A stretch of 63,006 nt of DNA, filler included, from Octopus bimaculoides (lineage: Eukaryota): assembly GCF_001194135.2 (NCBI RefSeq). It is 5 parts of 5 records of this genome, joined end to end, with 100 filler letters (N's around TTAATTAATTAA, not from the genome) between each part and the next. Parts side by side here need not be neighbours in the genome. Positions count along the whole stretch, not along the records: positions 1 to 18,615 come from NC_068984.1; positions 18,716 to 37,743 come from NC_068981.1; 3 more parts are not named here. One strand, written 5' to 3'. The translations under genes were made by a program, and so were the position numbers. Each line of letters begins with the position of its first letter. The first letter of the stretch is position 1. Shown here piece by piece: positions 12,170 to 23,079 of the stretch. The notes under the pieces were generated by a model. It saw nothing but the letters and a program-made list of their open reading frames with translations, was not told where the DNA came from and ran no database searches.

Positions 12170-13200
12170 TATGTATGTATTTTTGTGTTTTTTATGTAAT
12201 TATTTTGTGTGCATCCATGGGAGTTATTATGACTGTGAAAAATGTACTGCTTCGAATTTTGTGTGTGTACATATATGTTTGCGTTTTTTAGTTACAGCCT
12301 AGATTTCTGGAATGTCTTATGTATTTTTACAGTTCTATTAATGTCTTGTAAATGTGATTTTCTAATAAGTTGTTTCCTTTTTGATTTTGTGAAGTCCAGC
12401 TTGTCAAGATTGCTGATGAGATCATCTAGTTACATAACCAGTAATCAGAAGTAAAAATCTAAAGCTATATTCCACTTATTGTTTATGCGTATTTCTCATT
12501 ACGCCGCCATAGATGTCTTCAGTTCCTTTTATCTTTAATATTATGTTAACATCTCCTGAATAACTGATTTCTGTTACTGCGGACAATATCCTGTTTTGTC
12601 TAAGGTTATTATGTCTGGTTTGTTGTGCTAATATTTTACATTGGTTTTAAAGCGGCGAGCTAGCAGAATCATTACCACACCAGGCAAAATGCTTAGCGAC
12701 ATTTTGTCCATCTTTGAGTTCTAGACACAAATTCCGTCTAGGTCGACTTTACATTTCATGGTCGATAAAATTAGTACTAGTTGAGCACTGCGACCGACGG
12801 AATCGACTTACCACTCCCCCCAAAATTGCTGGCCTTGGGCTAAAATTTGAAATCTATATATTACATTGGTTCTGACGGGAATATTCCACTAGTATATTTT
12901 CATATTATAGAAATTCTTATATTTTGTTCTTTCTCGAAATGCATCGTGTAGTGTGTGGCCTTTACATCATATCTCATGAGTAGATACTACCGCGATAGTT
13001 TGCTTTAGACAGTTGCCTATGATGTGGGTCAGACTTTCGGTATCAGATTCAGACACTACATCAATTGTCACTTTCAGGCGTTTTGCCTGTATCTTACCTG
13101 TATCATTATTCCTTTTGTTCATCAAGTATTTTTAGATATGTTTTTTTCTCGAGTTGCGAAATCGTAAACTTGTTGGTGAGAGCTAATATTGCGCTCGTTG
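12170..13200 (-). mobile_element. RLE-type non-LTR retrotransposon 3' fragment interrupted by a SINE
   Basis: Minus frames: ESLTHIIGNC (zinc-knuckle remnant), HNKPDII...TEISYSGDVNIILKIK, NLDKLDFTKSKRKQLIRK...RTVKIHKTFQ; 3' end runs into (CATA)n. Confidence 0.7.
12647..12860 (+). mobile_element. SINE family B with 11-bp TSD
   Basis: TTACATTGGTT at 12636-12646 and 12861-12871 brackets the SINE, and the host LINE sequence resumes across it. Confidence 0.85.
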
Positions 13201-13974
13201 GTCTAACATTGACGACTTTATATACATTCCAATCACTCTGAAACATTTTGACAATATAACTATTCATGAATATATGCTAATAAACAGAATCCATTTTGAC
13301 TTATCTTGTGCTACAGAATGTAAATATATTTTTCTTTGTGATTTATTTAACTTCAGCAGAATTCAAGCTGATCACTAACAGAATGATAAGGAATTTTAGT
13401 TCAATGCACTTCAAGGTATTTGTAAATATGTAAGTTAATTTGTGCGTATATGAATATGTATAAATGTAATAGCGTATGTGTGGATGTATTTGCACTCATG
13501 AAATGAAAGTATGAATGTCTCTTTAGAAGACTGATTATCCGTATTTATGTGTGTATGCGATATACTCAAATCAGAGTGTGGGCATAATAGGTTCGTTCCA
13601 GCACAATAAAATGTAGAAACTTTGAAATAGTTTAAACTTAATGGATTGGATATGAAAGATGCCAATCAATTTGCTTCGATATGTTTTCGTAAATATCAAC
13701 ATATCCCGTCTTTTATATAACCCCATTGTTACATAGTGCAGTGCATTTATGATAATAGGTACATATGACAATCTATAAATTGCAATCAAGAGTTATGTGC
13801 TCCACAGTTGTTCATCATAGATAATCTCTTTTCCAACAACTGCAGACATACATGGTGTTCAGGCTAAATTTCACAGTTTGCATAAAAGGAAAAGAAAACA
13901 GAATATCCCTCAAATAAAATCTACGTTTTTAAACATTTTTAAATATCAACTAAATTATGGATTAATCTATTATT

Positions 13975-13977
13975 AAC

Positions 13978-14074
<97 letters not shown>
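13975..14074. repeat. (ATT)n microsatellite
   Basis: Direct reading. Confidence 0.97.
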
Positions 14075-14076
<2 letters not shown>

Positions 14077-14410
14077 GGCGGCGAGCTGGCAGAATCGTTA
14101 GCGCACTGGCAGAAATGCTTAACGGTATTTCGCCCATTGATACGTTCTAAGTTCGAATTCCGCCAAGATCGACTTTGCCTCTTATCCTTTCGGGGTCGAT
14201 AAAATATGTACCAGTTAAACACTGGAAGCGACGTAATAAACTCATGTCCGCCCCCGAAGTGGTGATGCCCTCGTGACAAAATTTGAAACCATTATTGTTA
14301 TCATTCCGCCGAGATCGACTTTGCCTTTCACCTTTTCCCGTCGATATGATCGATTGTCACCCTCGCCACAAAAATCCAGGCCTTGTGCCTATAGTAGAAA
14401 GGATATTAAT
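14075..14410 (+). mobile_element. SINE family B plus a partial second copy
   Basis: Head GGCGGCGAGCTGGCAGAATCGTTAG at 14076; second partial body from ~14303 to the CCTTGTGCCTATAGTAGAAAGG tail. Confidence 0.85.
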
Positions 14411-14420
14411 AATAATAATA

Positions 14421-15572
14421 CAACTCGATCGCACCACTCTAAAGACAATGACAATGCATGGTGCCCTCTACCCTAAGGCAAATGTACACAGACTCTACAT
14501 AAAGAGAGGTAAGGATGAACGTGGGCTGATTAGCGAACGGGAGTGCATCAACAGTGAAAGAAAAAACATGGCAAAATATTTGGTAAACAGCAAAGAAGAC
14601 CTTCTACAGCATGTTGCGAGTCCTGAAGGAGTTAACACAAATGGACGTGAAAGTGCTCATGAATTCCGAACAAGAACAGCCAACGAGAGAGAAGAAACCC
14701 TACACCGTATGGAATTACATGGTCAGTTCCACTGTTAAAAAAACAAAAACAAATTAAAAGACCAGGAAGCATCATGGAGGTGGTTCAACAAAGGTTACCT
14801 AAAAAAAATACTGACAGCCTAATCATCGCGGCACAGGAACAGTCATTGAATACCAACACAGTGAAAAAGAATATATTCTACACAAGTGCATCGGACCTTT
14901 GCAGAATGTGTGGGAAGAGGGTCAGAAGTGTAACTTACATTGTTAGTGCTTGTGAAAGTCTTGCGCAAAAAGAGTACAAGCGTAGACATGACAAAGTAGC
15001 CCAAAACATCCACTGGCTACTATGCCGTAAGTATGGATATGAGGTTACGGGTGCTTGGTACCAACATACACCGGAAAAGGTAATGGACGAGAAGGGGAAG
15101 GCAAAATTCCTCTGGAACTTTGATTTCCATATAGACAGAGTATTAGTGCGCTGAAAGCTGGATATATTAACTGTAAGGAGTGCCTAATAATCGCCATGCC
15201 AGGAGTGTCTAATAATCGACGTGCCAAAAGATCATCATATCATCATAAAAGAAAGAGAAAAAGCTGGATGCCTGACAATTGAGATCGCTAAGATGTGGCA
15301 GCTACGAGAGTCGAACATAAAGGTTATCTCTATTGTCATCGGTGCATTGGGTTCAATACCACGCAATCTGAAAAAATGCATCCGAAAATCTTAGAGATAC
15401 CCTACAATCTAGATGTATTGCAACGGTCGGAATTACTTGGAACTGCATTCATATTGCGTAAAGTACTGTCTGTTTGAGATCTTTGTTGTGACTTGACAAA
15501 CAGTATAAACCCCGCGGTAGACACAATATCTGCAATCAACAACTTCACGATACTGTATACTGTGCGACGTCT
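14421..15572 (+). mobile_element. Dong/R4-like RLE LINE, 5'-truncated
   Basis: MHGALYPKANVHRLY..RGLI, LHGQF, IIAAQEQSL, CRMCGKRVRSVTYIVSAC..LAQKEYKRRHDKVA, LWNFDF, ELLGTAFILRKVLSV*; (AAT)n on both sides. Confidence 0.9.

Positions 15573-15662
<90 letters not shown>
15573..15662. repeat. (AAT)n microsatellite
   Basis: Direct reading. Confidence 0.97.
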
Positions 15663-16975
15663 GGAAAACAAGAAAAATAATGACAGGATATAGGATGCAC
15701 CACCCAAAATCTGACATAGAAAGGCTATATATACAACGCACAGAAGGTGGCAGGGGTCTTATACAGCTAGAAAACTATTATAAAATAACCACCATAGGAC
15801 TGCAAAAATACCTACTCCAGAAGCAAGAGAAACTAATACAAAGAGCCACAAAACACGAGCAAAACAAAAAACTGTTTTCAGTANNNNNNNNNNNNNNNNN
15901 NNNNNNNNNNNNNNNNNNNNNNNNNNNNNNNNNNNNNNNNNNNNNNNNNNNNNNNNNNNNNNNNNNNNNNNNNNNNNNNNNNNNNNNNNNNNNNNNNNNN
16001 NNNNNNNNNNNNNNNNNNNNNNNNNNNNNNNNNNNNNNNNNNNNNNNNNNNNNNNNNNNNNNNNNNNNNNNNNNNNNNNNNNNNNNNNNNNNNNNNNNNN
16101 NNNNNNNNNNNNNNNNNNNNNNNNNNNNNNNNNNNNNNNNNNNNNNNNNNNNNNNNNNNNNNNNNNNNNNNNNNNNNNNNNNNNNNNNNNNNNNNNNNNN
16201 NNNNNNNNNNNNNNNNNNNNNNNNNNNNNNNNNNNNNNNNNNNNNNNNNNNNNNNNNNNNNNNNNNNNNNNNNNNNNNNNNNNNNNNNNNNNNNNNNNNN
16301 NNNNNNNNNNNNNNNNNNNNNNNNNNNNNNNNNNNNNNNNNNNNNNNNNNNNNNNNNNNNNNNNNNNNNNNNNNNNNNNNNNNNNNNNNNNNNNNNNNNN
16401 NNNNNNNNNNNNNNNNNNNNNNNNNNNNNNNNNNNNNNNNNNNNNNNNNNNNNNNNNNNNNNNNNNNNNNNNNNNNNNNNNNNNNNNNNNNNNNNNNNNN
16501 NNNNNNNNNNNNNNNNNNNNNNNNNNNNNNNNNNNNNNNNNNNNNNNNNNNNNNNNNNNNNNNNNNNNNNNNNNNNNNNNNNNNNNNNNNNNNNNNNNNN
16601 NNNNNNNNNNNNNNGTATCAATACCAGCAGATGACAACGTTTCTCTAAAAGAAATGGAAAAACTTTCAAAATACAAAGACCTGGAAATAGAGATAACTCG
16701 AATGTGGAATCTAAAAACAGAAACAATTCCTATCATAGTAGGTGCCTTAGGTATAATAAAAAAATATTCAGACAAATACATAACAAAAACACCAGGACTT
16801 ACAAATATATATAACATACAGAAAATTGCACTACTGGGTACTGCACACATTCTACGCAAAACACTTTCAATACAGTAAACATAAGAGCACCACAGCAAAC
16901 CACAGCACATACCCAAGGCGCACAGAGCTGCGCTCGGTAGTGAAGTGAAAGCACGTTATAAAAATAAAACTACTG
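15663..16975 (+). mobile_element. Dong/R4-like RLE LINE, second subfamily, 5'-truncated, spans a gap
   Basis: RKTRKIMTGYRMHHPKSDIERLY...GGRGLIQLE; after the gap EKLSKYKDLEIEITRMWNLKTETIPIIVGALG...LLGTAHILRKTLSIQ*; (AAT)n flanks. Confidence 0.88.
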
Positions 16976-17021
16976 AATAATGATAATAATAATAATGATA
17001 ATAATGAAAATGATAATGATA

Positions 17022-17063
<42 letters not shown>

Positions 17064-18378
17064 GAAGACATTGCACCGCACCGTATCCAATATTGTGATG
17101 TAGATTGAAGATATTGTATGTACCGGGGGTTTGTACTGTCTGTCAAATCACAAGACTTCTGACAGTCAATACTTTACATAGTGTGCGTGCACTTCCAAGT
17201 AAAGCCGATTTTTGCAATACACCAAGATTGTAGAGTATTTCTAAAGTTTCCAGATGTTTCTTCAGGTTGGGTGGTATTGAACCCAATGCTCCGATGACAA
17301 CAGTACAATTTTTATGTTTGACTCTCGCAGCTGTCACATCTTGGCGATCTCAATTATCAGGTCTCCATATTTATCAATCTTCTCACTTTCTTTCATGATA
17401 ATGTGTTGATCTCCTGGCATCTCCACGTCGGTTGTTAGGAACTCTTGTTTTTCCCTCCAACAGGTTACTATATGCGGCCTTCGGTGCTCTAAAACCTTGT
17501 ATGTCTGGAAATCAAATTCCAAAGGATTTTTGCCTTCCCCTTTTCGTCCATTACCTTTTCCAGTGTATTTTGGTATCAAGCACCCGTTACTTCGTATCCA
17601 TACTTCCGGCATAATAGCCAGTGAAGTTTTGGGGCTACTTTGTTGTCTGTGCTTGTACTCTTTCTGCGCAAGACTTTCACAAGCACTAACAATGTCAGAC
17701 ATACTTTCGACCTTCTTCCCACACATTCTGAAGAGGCTCGTTGCACTTGTGTGGTATATATTCCTTTTCACTGGGTTGATTTCAATGCCTGGTTCTAAGC
17801 AGTGATGATTAGACCTTCAGTCTTCTTTTTAAGGTCACGCTTGCTGAGTCACCCTTGCATGATTTCCCTGATCTTTTAAGTTGTTGATATTATTGTGTAA
17901 GTGACTACCTGCCTGATAAGGGTACATAAGGCACATGCATCACAACCATGTGTGTGGGACATGGTGACCTTGTATCAAGATAAATAGCGCATGATCTTGC
18001 AGGTGAAACCCTGCTAGAATTTTATTCAGGGAAAATAGTCCATCCCGTTCAAAGGGTCCCTGAATGAGAGTTGTTTAACTTTGATGAACATATCACCTAT
18101 GTTTCCAGAGGTGAATTATTCAAACCCCAAAGAATTCCACTTAACACATTACTACGATGCTTCTCACTACTCCTGCTCTTGATCAGCGATGCACATATCG
18201 TTAGCCACTACGTAACATGCTCAACTGTTTATGGTTAAGAACTGACAAGCAAATCTGTGATATTGAGCAAAATATTGCTGAAGTGTATCTTTTATACCAA
18301 GGCAAAACATATACATGATAACACTTCTAATCAGTTAAGATAAGTTATGAGAGCCACTGCCTTGTACTACATCAGTGC
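17064..18378 (-). mobile_element. Dong/R4-like element, probably an internally deleted derivative
   Basis: 17064-17880 is an inverted homolog of 14770-15572 (FRMCGKKVES..IVSAC..LAQKEY, RRPHIV, IEIAKM, GALG, SALLGSA); contiguous non-coding ~500 bp up to (ATT)n at 18379; (ATT)n at both ends. Confidence 0.75.
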
Positions 18379-18379
18379 A

Positions 18380-18440
<61 letters not shown>
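18379..18440. repeat. (ATT)n microsatellite
   Basis: Direct reading. Confidence 0.97.
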
Positions 18441-18615
18441 TTATGTTTGACTTTTGCTTTGCATTTGTACAAGTTGGACCCAAGTCTCCCCCAGAGACCT
18501 CAAGAGACAACAAGTTAGAAGTTCATGTAGGTGTTATGCCTAGGGTACCATATATTTGAATTTGTACAGTGTTGTTCTAGATAATGTCTTAAAATTTGAG
18601 ATCACATAGACAGTA
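18441..18615 (-). mobile_element. Probable Dong/R4-like 3' end (third 3' UTR type)
   Basis: Minus strand opens with ..LSM* (ORF end like LSV*/LSIQ* of the other copies), then a UTR running into (AAT)n. Confidence 0.5.
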
Positions 18616-18715
18616 NNNNNNNNNNNNNNNNNNNNNNNNNNNNNNNNNNNNNNNNNNNNTTAATTAATTAANNNNNNNNNNNNNNNNNNNNNNNNNNNNN
18701 NNNNNNNNNNNNNNN
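18616..18715. other. Artificial scaffolding spacer (44N-TTAATTAATTAA-44N)
   Basis: Identical 100-bp pad occurs four times; the 12-mer gives stops in all six frames. Confidence 0.95.
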
Positions 18716-18965
18716 CTAAAGTATTTTTCGATGTTATTATTATTATTATTATTGGAATCGAACTCGGAATCTTGGGGCTAGTAGCCCGCGCTCTTAACAA
18801 CTACACCATATACCCATGGGCAATTATGGAGTGAATTTTAGGGCTTATAAATCTAATATTTTTCTATCCTTCCTTAATACAGGTTCCCATATGCTGCTCA
18901 TATCTGCACTCGGTCTGCTTTGGAGGTAGTTGTGTCATAGCATATGTGCTGCTTCTTTTAGTTTT
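18716..18965 (-). mobile_element. Second copy of the tRNA-like-(AAT)n unit, preceded by a PLE-like coding end
   Basis: Reverse complement GGGTATATGGTGTAGTTGTTAAGAGCGCGGGCTACTAGCCCCAAGATTCCGAGTTCGATTCC-(AAT)n-AACATCGAAAAATACTTTAG matches 7881-8030; upstream frame SADMSSIWEPVLRKDRKILDL* resembles PLE GIY-YIG C-termini. Confidence 0.65.
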
Positions 18966-19564
18966 CAGATATGATTATTTCTTGGTTGGCTCTGCAGGCT
19001 CCAACTGACTCTCCTGTTGTAGATTACTTCTTTCCTCACCAGTTACCTGATGCTAATGAACCAAAAGTCCATGTCAGCATTGATATCTTAAGTCATAAAT
19101 CTTGGATTTCTCTTGCTCATATAGCGCAGAGCTAGTTTGTGATAAGTCTTGTACTGCACAAGATCTATCTATCTATCTATCTATCTTCTGACCACAATGA
19201 GTGCTTGAGACTTAAGAAAGTTCTTAATATCAAGCATACACTCCCATATGTCCTCCTTGCTCGGTGGAGTGCACCTCTTCCCTCAAAGACTGCTCTCATG
19301 TAACTTAAGAAGCCAATAATTTTCGGACGCCGAACGAGTACGTGGAGAACGGTTTCGTCGCTCTGTATATATATTGAGACAGAGCCGTGCTTGTAGAATT
19401 TATTTCGAACAGGATAGCATCACCTACTCTCGGAAGTATAACTAGACAAAGTATCTTATTTGTTAGAGACTTTCACAAGGCTCCTGGTAGGTGTGGGGAA
19501 TTGTGGTAATTAAATCCCAAGATTTAATATGATCAACAAAAATTATGTTAACCAGGACGTCGTC

Positions 19565-19725
19565 GATGGCGTCAACGACAACAAAACGATGACGACAATG
19601 ATGTCGACAACAATGATGACGATAATGATGACGTCGGCACGGCGACGACAATGATGATAATGTTGATATTTTCTAAAATTAACATTAGGCCGAATGATAA
19701 TAATAATAACAGCAACAACAACAAC

Positions 19726-19772
<47 letters not shown>

Positions 19773-19800
19773 TAATAATAATAATAATAATGATGATAAT
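19565..19800. repeat. (GAC/GAT)n and (AAT/AAC)n trinucleotide tracts
   Basis: Direct reading. Confidence 0.9.
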
Positions 19801-20627
19801 AATTTTTGTCGTGGCATTATATTTTTAATTAGGTTAAGAGTAAGTTACGGTGGCAAGGAACTGCTGATTGCCAAGAATAGATTTTTGTTTTTAAAAGCAA
19901 TTATTAAGTTGTGCATTGCCTTTTAAACCAACAAAGAAAACTTGATGTGTACGAATGAATCATCTGTACAGCTGCAAAATTGGGCTGGTTTTATTACTGA
20001 GATATATTGCCAATGCAGTGTCATAACTAAATTGTAAAATGACAAATGGGGATCATAAACAAAAATGAAATAATGGAAGTTATCGTTGAAACATTTAAAG
20101 CAATGAATATTTAAATAAAATAAAACGTAATTAAAAATAAATATGTGGCGAGGAGAAACACACGGTACTTATTTATAATTAATACTATTTTCTTTCTCAT
20201 TTCTCTCTTCTAATATGTGGGACAATACCGGACATGTTTTGAACTTTCTCTGGCCTCAACTGAGGAATATAGCCTTCACTCTGCTTGCCAAAATAGCGAT
20301 GAAAGAATCACTGAATAAATATGCAATATAGTACATTTATCTAGATAGGGAAATAAAATTCTTTGGAGATTAAATACTTTTTGATAAACATCTGCTTGTA
20401 AAACAATAAATAAATTAGCGTTAAGATATTTAACATATGGAACGTTAACTGTTAACTTAATAAATATTCGATGTGAAAAAATAAAACGATGTTAGTCAAC
20501 GACTAACATTTTTTCTATTTTCAGCAAGTATATGAAATGACCGCAAGCATGTTTAAGTCTTATTTTGTTCTTATCAGTGAAACATACTTGCCAATGTAGT
20601 GACCAATATATTCACAAAATAAACATC

Positions 20628-21010
20628 TAGGCGTGGCTGTGTGGTAAGAAGCTTGCTTCCCAGCCAAATAGTTTTGGGTTCAGTCTCACTACGTGGCACT
20701 TGGTCAAGTATCTTCTACTATAGCCTCAGGTCGACCAAAGTCTTGTGAGTGGATTTTGTAGACGGAAACTGAAAGAAGCCCGTCGTATATATGTATATAT
20801 ATTTATGTGTGTGTGTCTTTGTGTCTGTTTTTGCCCCCTTACCATCGCTTGACAACCGATGTTGGTCCCTCGTAAATTAGCGGTTCAGCAAAAGAGCCCG
20901 ATAAAATAAGTACTAGGCTTACAAAGTATAAGTTCTGGAGTCGATTTGGTCGACTAAAGGTGGTGCTCCAGCATGGCCGCAGTCAAATGATTGACTCGTG
21001 TAAAAGAGTA
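20628..21010 (+). mobile_element. SINE family A, full length
   Basis: GGCGTGGCTGTGTGGTAAGAAGCTTGCTTCCC head through GGTGGTGCTCCAGCATGGCCGCAGTCAAATGA tail. Confidence 0.9.
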
Positions 21011-21799
21011 TGCAAAATTGTACCAGTTATTGGCGTAGGAAATAGAATTCTTGAGAAATTAATAATTCAGGGACGTCAACTACACAAAGTTATAGTTACT
21101 ATATTTAATGCATAAGCTATAAAAACTAAAAGACGAACAGAAAATATATTGGTTATTGACATAGTTTTTATTTTGTTGACACTGCAAATTTAGTTCTAGT
21201 GTGTCTCTTTATGACATTAGATCTATCAAAGCACCTTACGTATTATTTTTCATGCGAATTTTATCTCTTGTATATGTAGTAAGTTTACAGCAACATATTG
21301 CTTTTCATACTAATAGTGCGCTCGTAAAATGACCATTGTATATGGATGGCTTCTCAGAAATATCTTGTAATAAATATATCCCAATATGAACAATTCATAT
21401 GGATGAATTAACTCTAATAAAGCATATTCTTATGTGATATATTTCTAATATCTTGAAAAAAAAAAGCATTTATAAATTCTATAACAGGAATGATAAATGT
21501 CACTGATATAACCAGTTTCTTGAAGGAATCTATTTTATCAGCAGCTTTAATATATAACTGGAGACACAGCAATAACGTTGCTGAATATTGTTTATCTGGG
21601 CGATCAGTTCCAACCTCTTAGTGAAAACACATAACGTTACTCTTACAAAACTCAACTTGTCTGAGAAGTAACAATAGAAAAATACTATTTACGTGAAGAT
21701 TGATTTCCAGCGAACACACGACAATCCTGACATCATTTTTCACTTCTTACATCAGATAGAGTAAACTCATTCTGCATGCAGATATTACTTTGACAATCT

Positions 21800-22003
21800 A
21801 AAGGCAGATTCGTTTGCACGCCGGGCAAAATGCTTTGCGGCATTTCGTCTGTTTTTACGTTCTGAGTTCAAATTCTGTCGAGTTCAGCTTTGTCTTTTAT
21901 TGTTTCGGGGTCGATAAAATAAGTACCAGTTACGCACTGGAGTCGATGTAATCGACTATCCCGGTCCTCCCACAATTTTAAGCCTTGAGCCCACAGTAGA
22001 AAG
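21800..22003 (+). mobile_element. SINE family B with 19-bp TSD
   Basis: GATATTACTTTGACAATCT (21781-21799) and GATGTTACTTTGACAATCT (22004-22022). Confidence 0.88.
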
Positions 22004-23079
22004 GATGTTACTTTGACAATCTTTGTTAATACAGCAAAATAGCATGAAAAAAGATTATTACAATAATTAAATAAAAAAATTTGAAGAATACGTACGTATG
22101 TATATGTGTATAGTGTTATAACCAGCTATGGATGAAGCAAGCCATTAACATTTTATATACCTAATTAAGTTTATGCTATAGCATACAAATAATAATTAGC
22201 TTTAAGCTTGTGCAATAGATTAAAAATAATCATTAACCCTCTAGTTAATAAAAAGAAACAGGTCTTCCGGTAATTATTTAAGCATTACATAGCGTTTGTT
22301 AAATTTTGAAGCGGAAGGAGTAGGGTTAAGGAAATAATTAAAACAATTTCAGACTAACGGAAATATGTTAATAAAATAAGTAGAGAGGCCAAACCACACG
22401 AACACACATTCATTCATCCACACAAATGCGAACACACACACGCATACACAAAGAAAATCACATATACCTGTACAGATTCAAATGAACAGCATGTAAACAC
22501 TAATACGTTTTTAGAAACTTATATATCTGCTACGACAAGGAATATAAACATAAAACTCTGTTAACTCGCACACCAATCCAAGGAAGGCCATTCAGATGTG
22601 GACATTGGAAAACAGAAATTAGTAAGTAATTATGCTAAGGCGTTATTTATGAGAAATTCAAATCAATGAAACATTAAAACTGGTGCTGATAAGTATGTAA
22701 AAATAATCTCACATAAGAATATCTCTAAGTACATGATAAAAAAAGATACATGTAGGCACATGAGTACAAGACAGCAAGAAAAAACGATAAAAAAATAATA
22801 TATATTTCATTCCTGTGTACGATGACGAATACTTCATACATCACAAAGGTGATGTGGGTGCAAACATAGAAACTTTTATAGATGATATTAATAAGGATAG
22901 AAATTGAGTAGCATAAATCTACTCCAAAGAAGAAAAGTGAAGCAAAGTCAAAAGATATACTTATAAAATAATATGTATGTATATTCTAATGTGATATTAT
23001 AAGAAGCTGTAATGATGAGGTTAATATCAAAAAATTTTATATATGTTGAAGTAATCGTTAAAACGGAAAAAATGTCTTA

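Noticed and set aside
18616-18715. TTAATTAATTAA palindrome recurring four times inside N runs (also 37744, 55396, 60580)
   Set aside because: Fixed 44N+12+44N format with six-frame stops: an assembly linker, not biology.
19330-19390. GCTCTGT/ACAGAGC stem followed by GAAAC on the minus strand
   Set aside because: No CUGANGA-like core upstream and no stem I.
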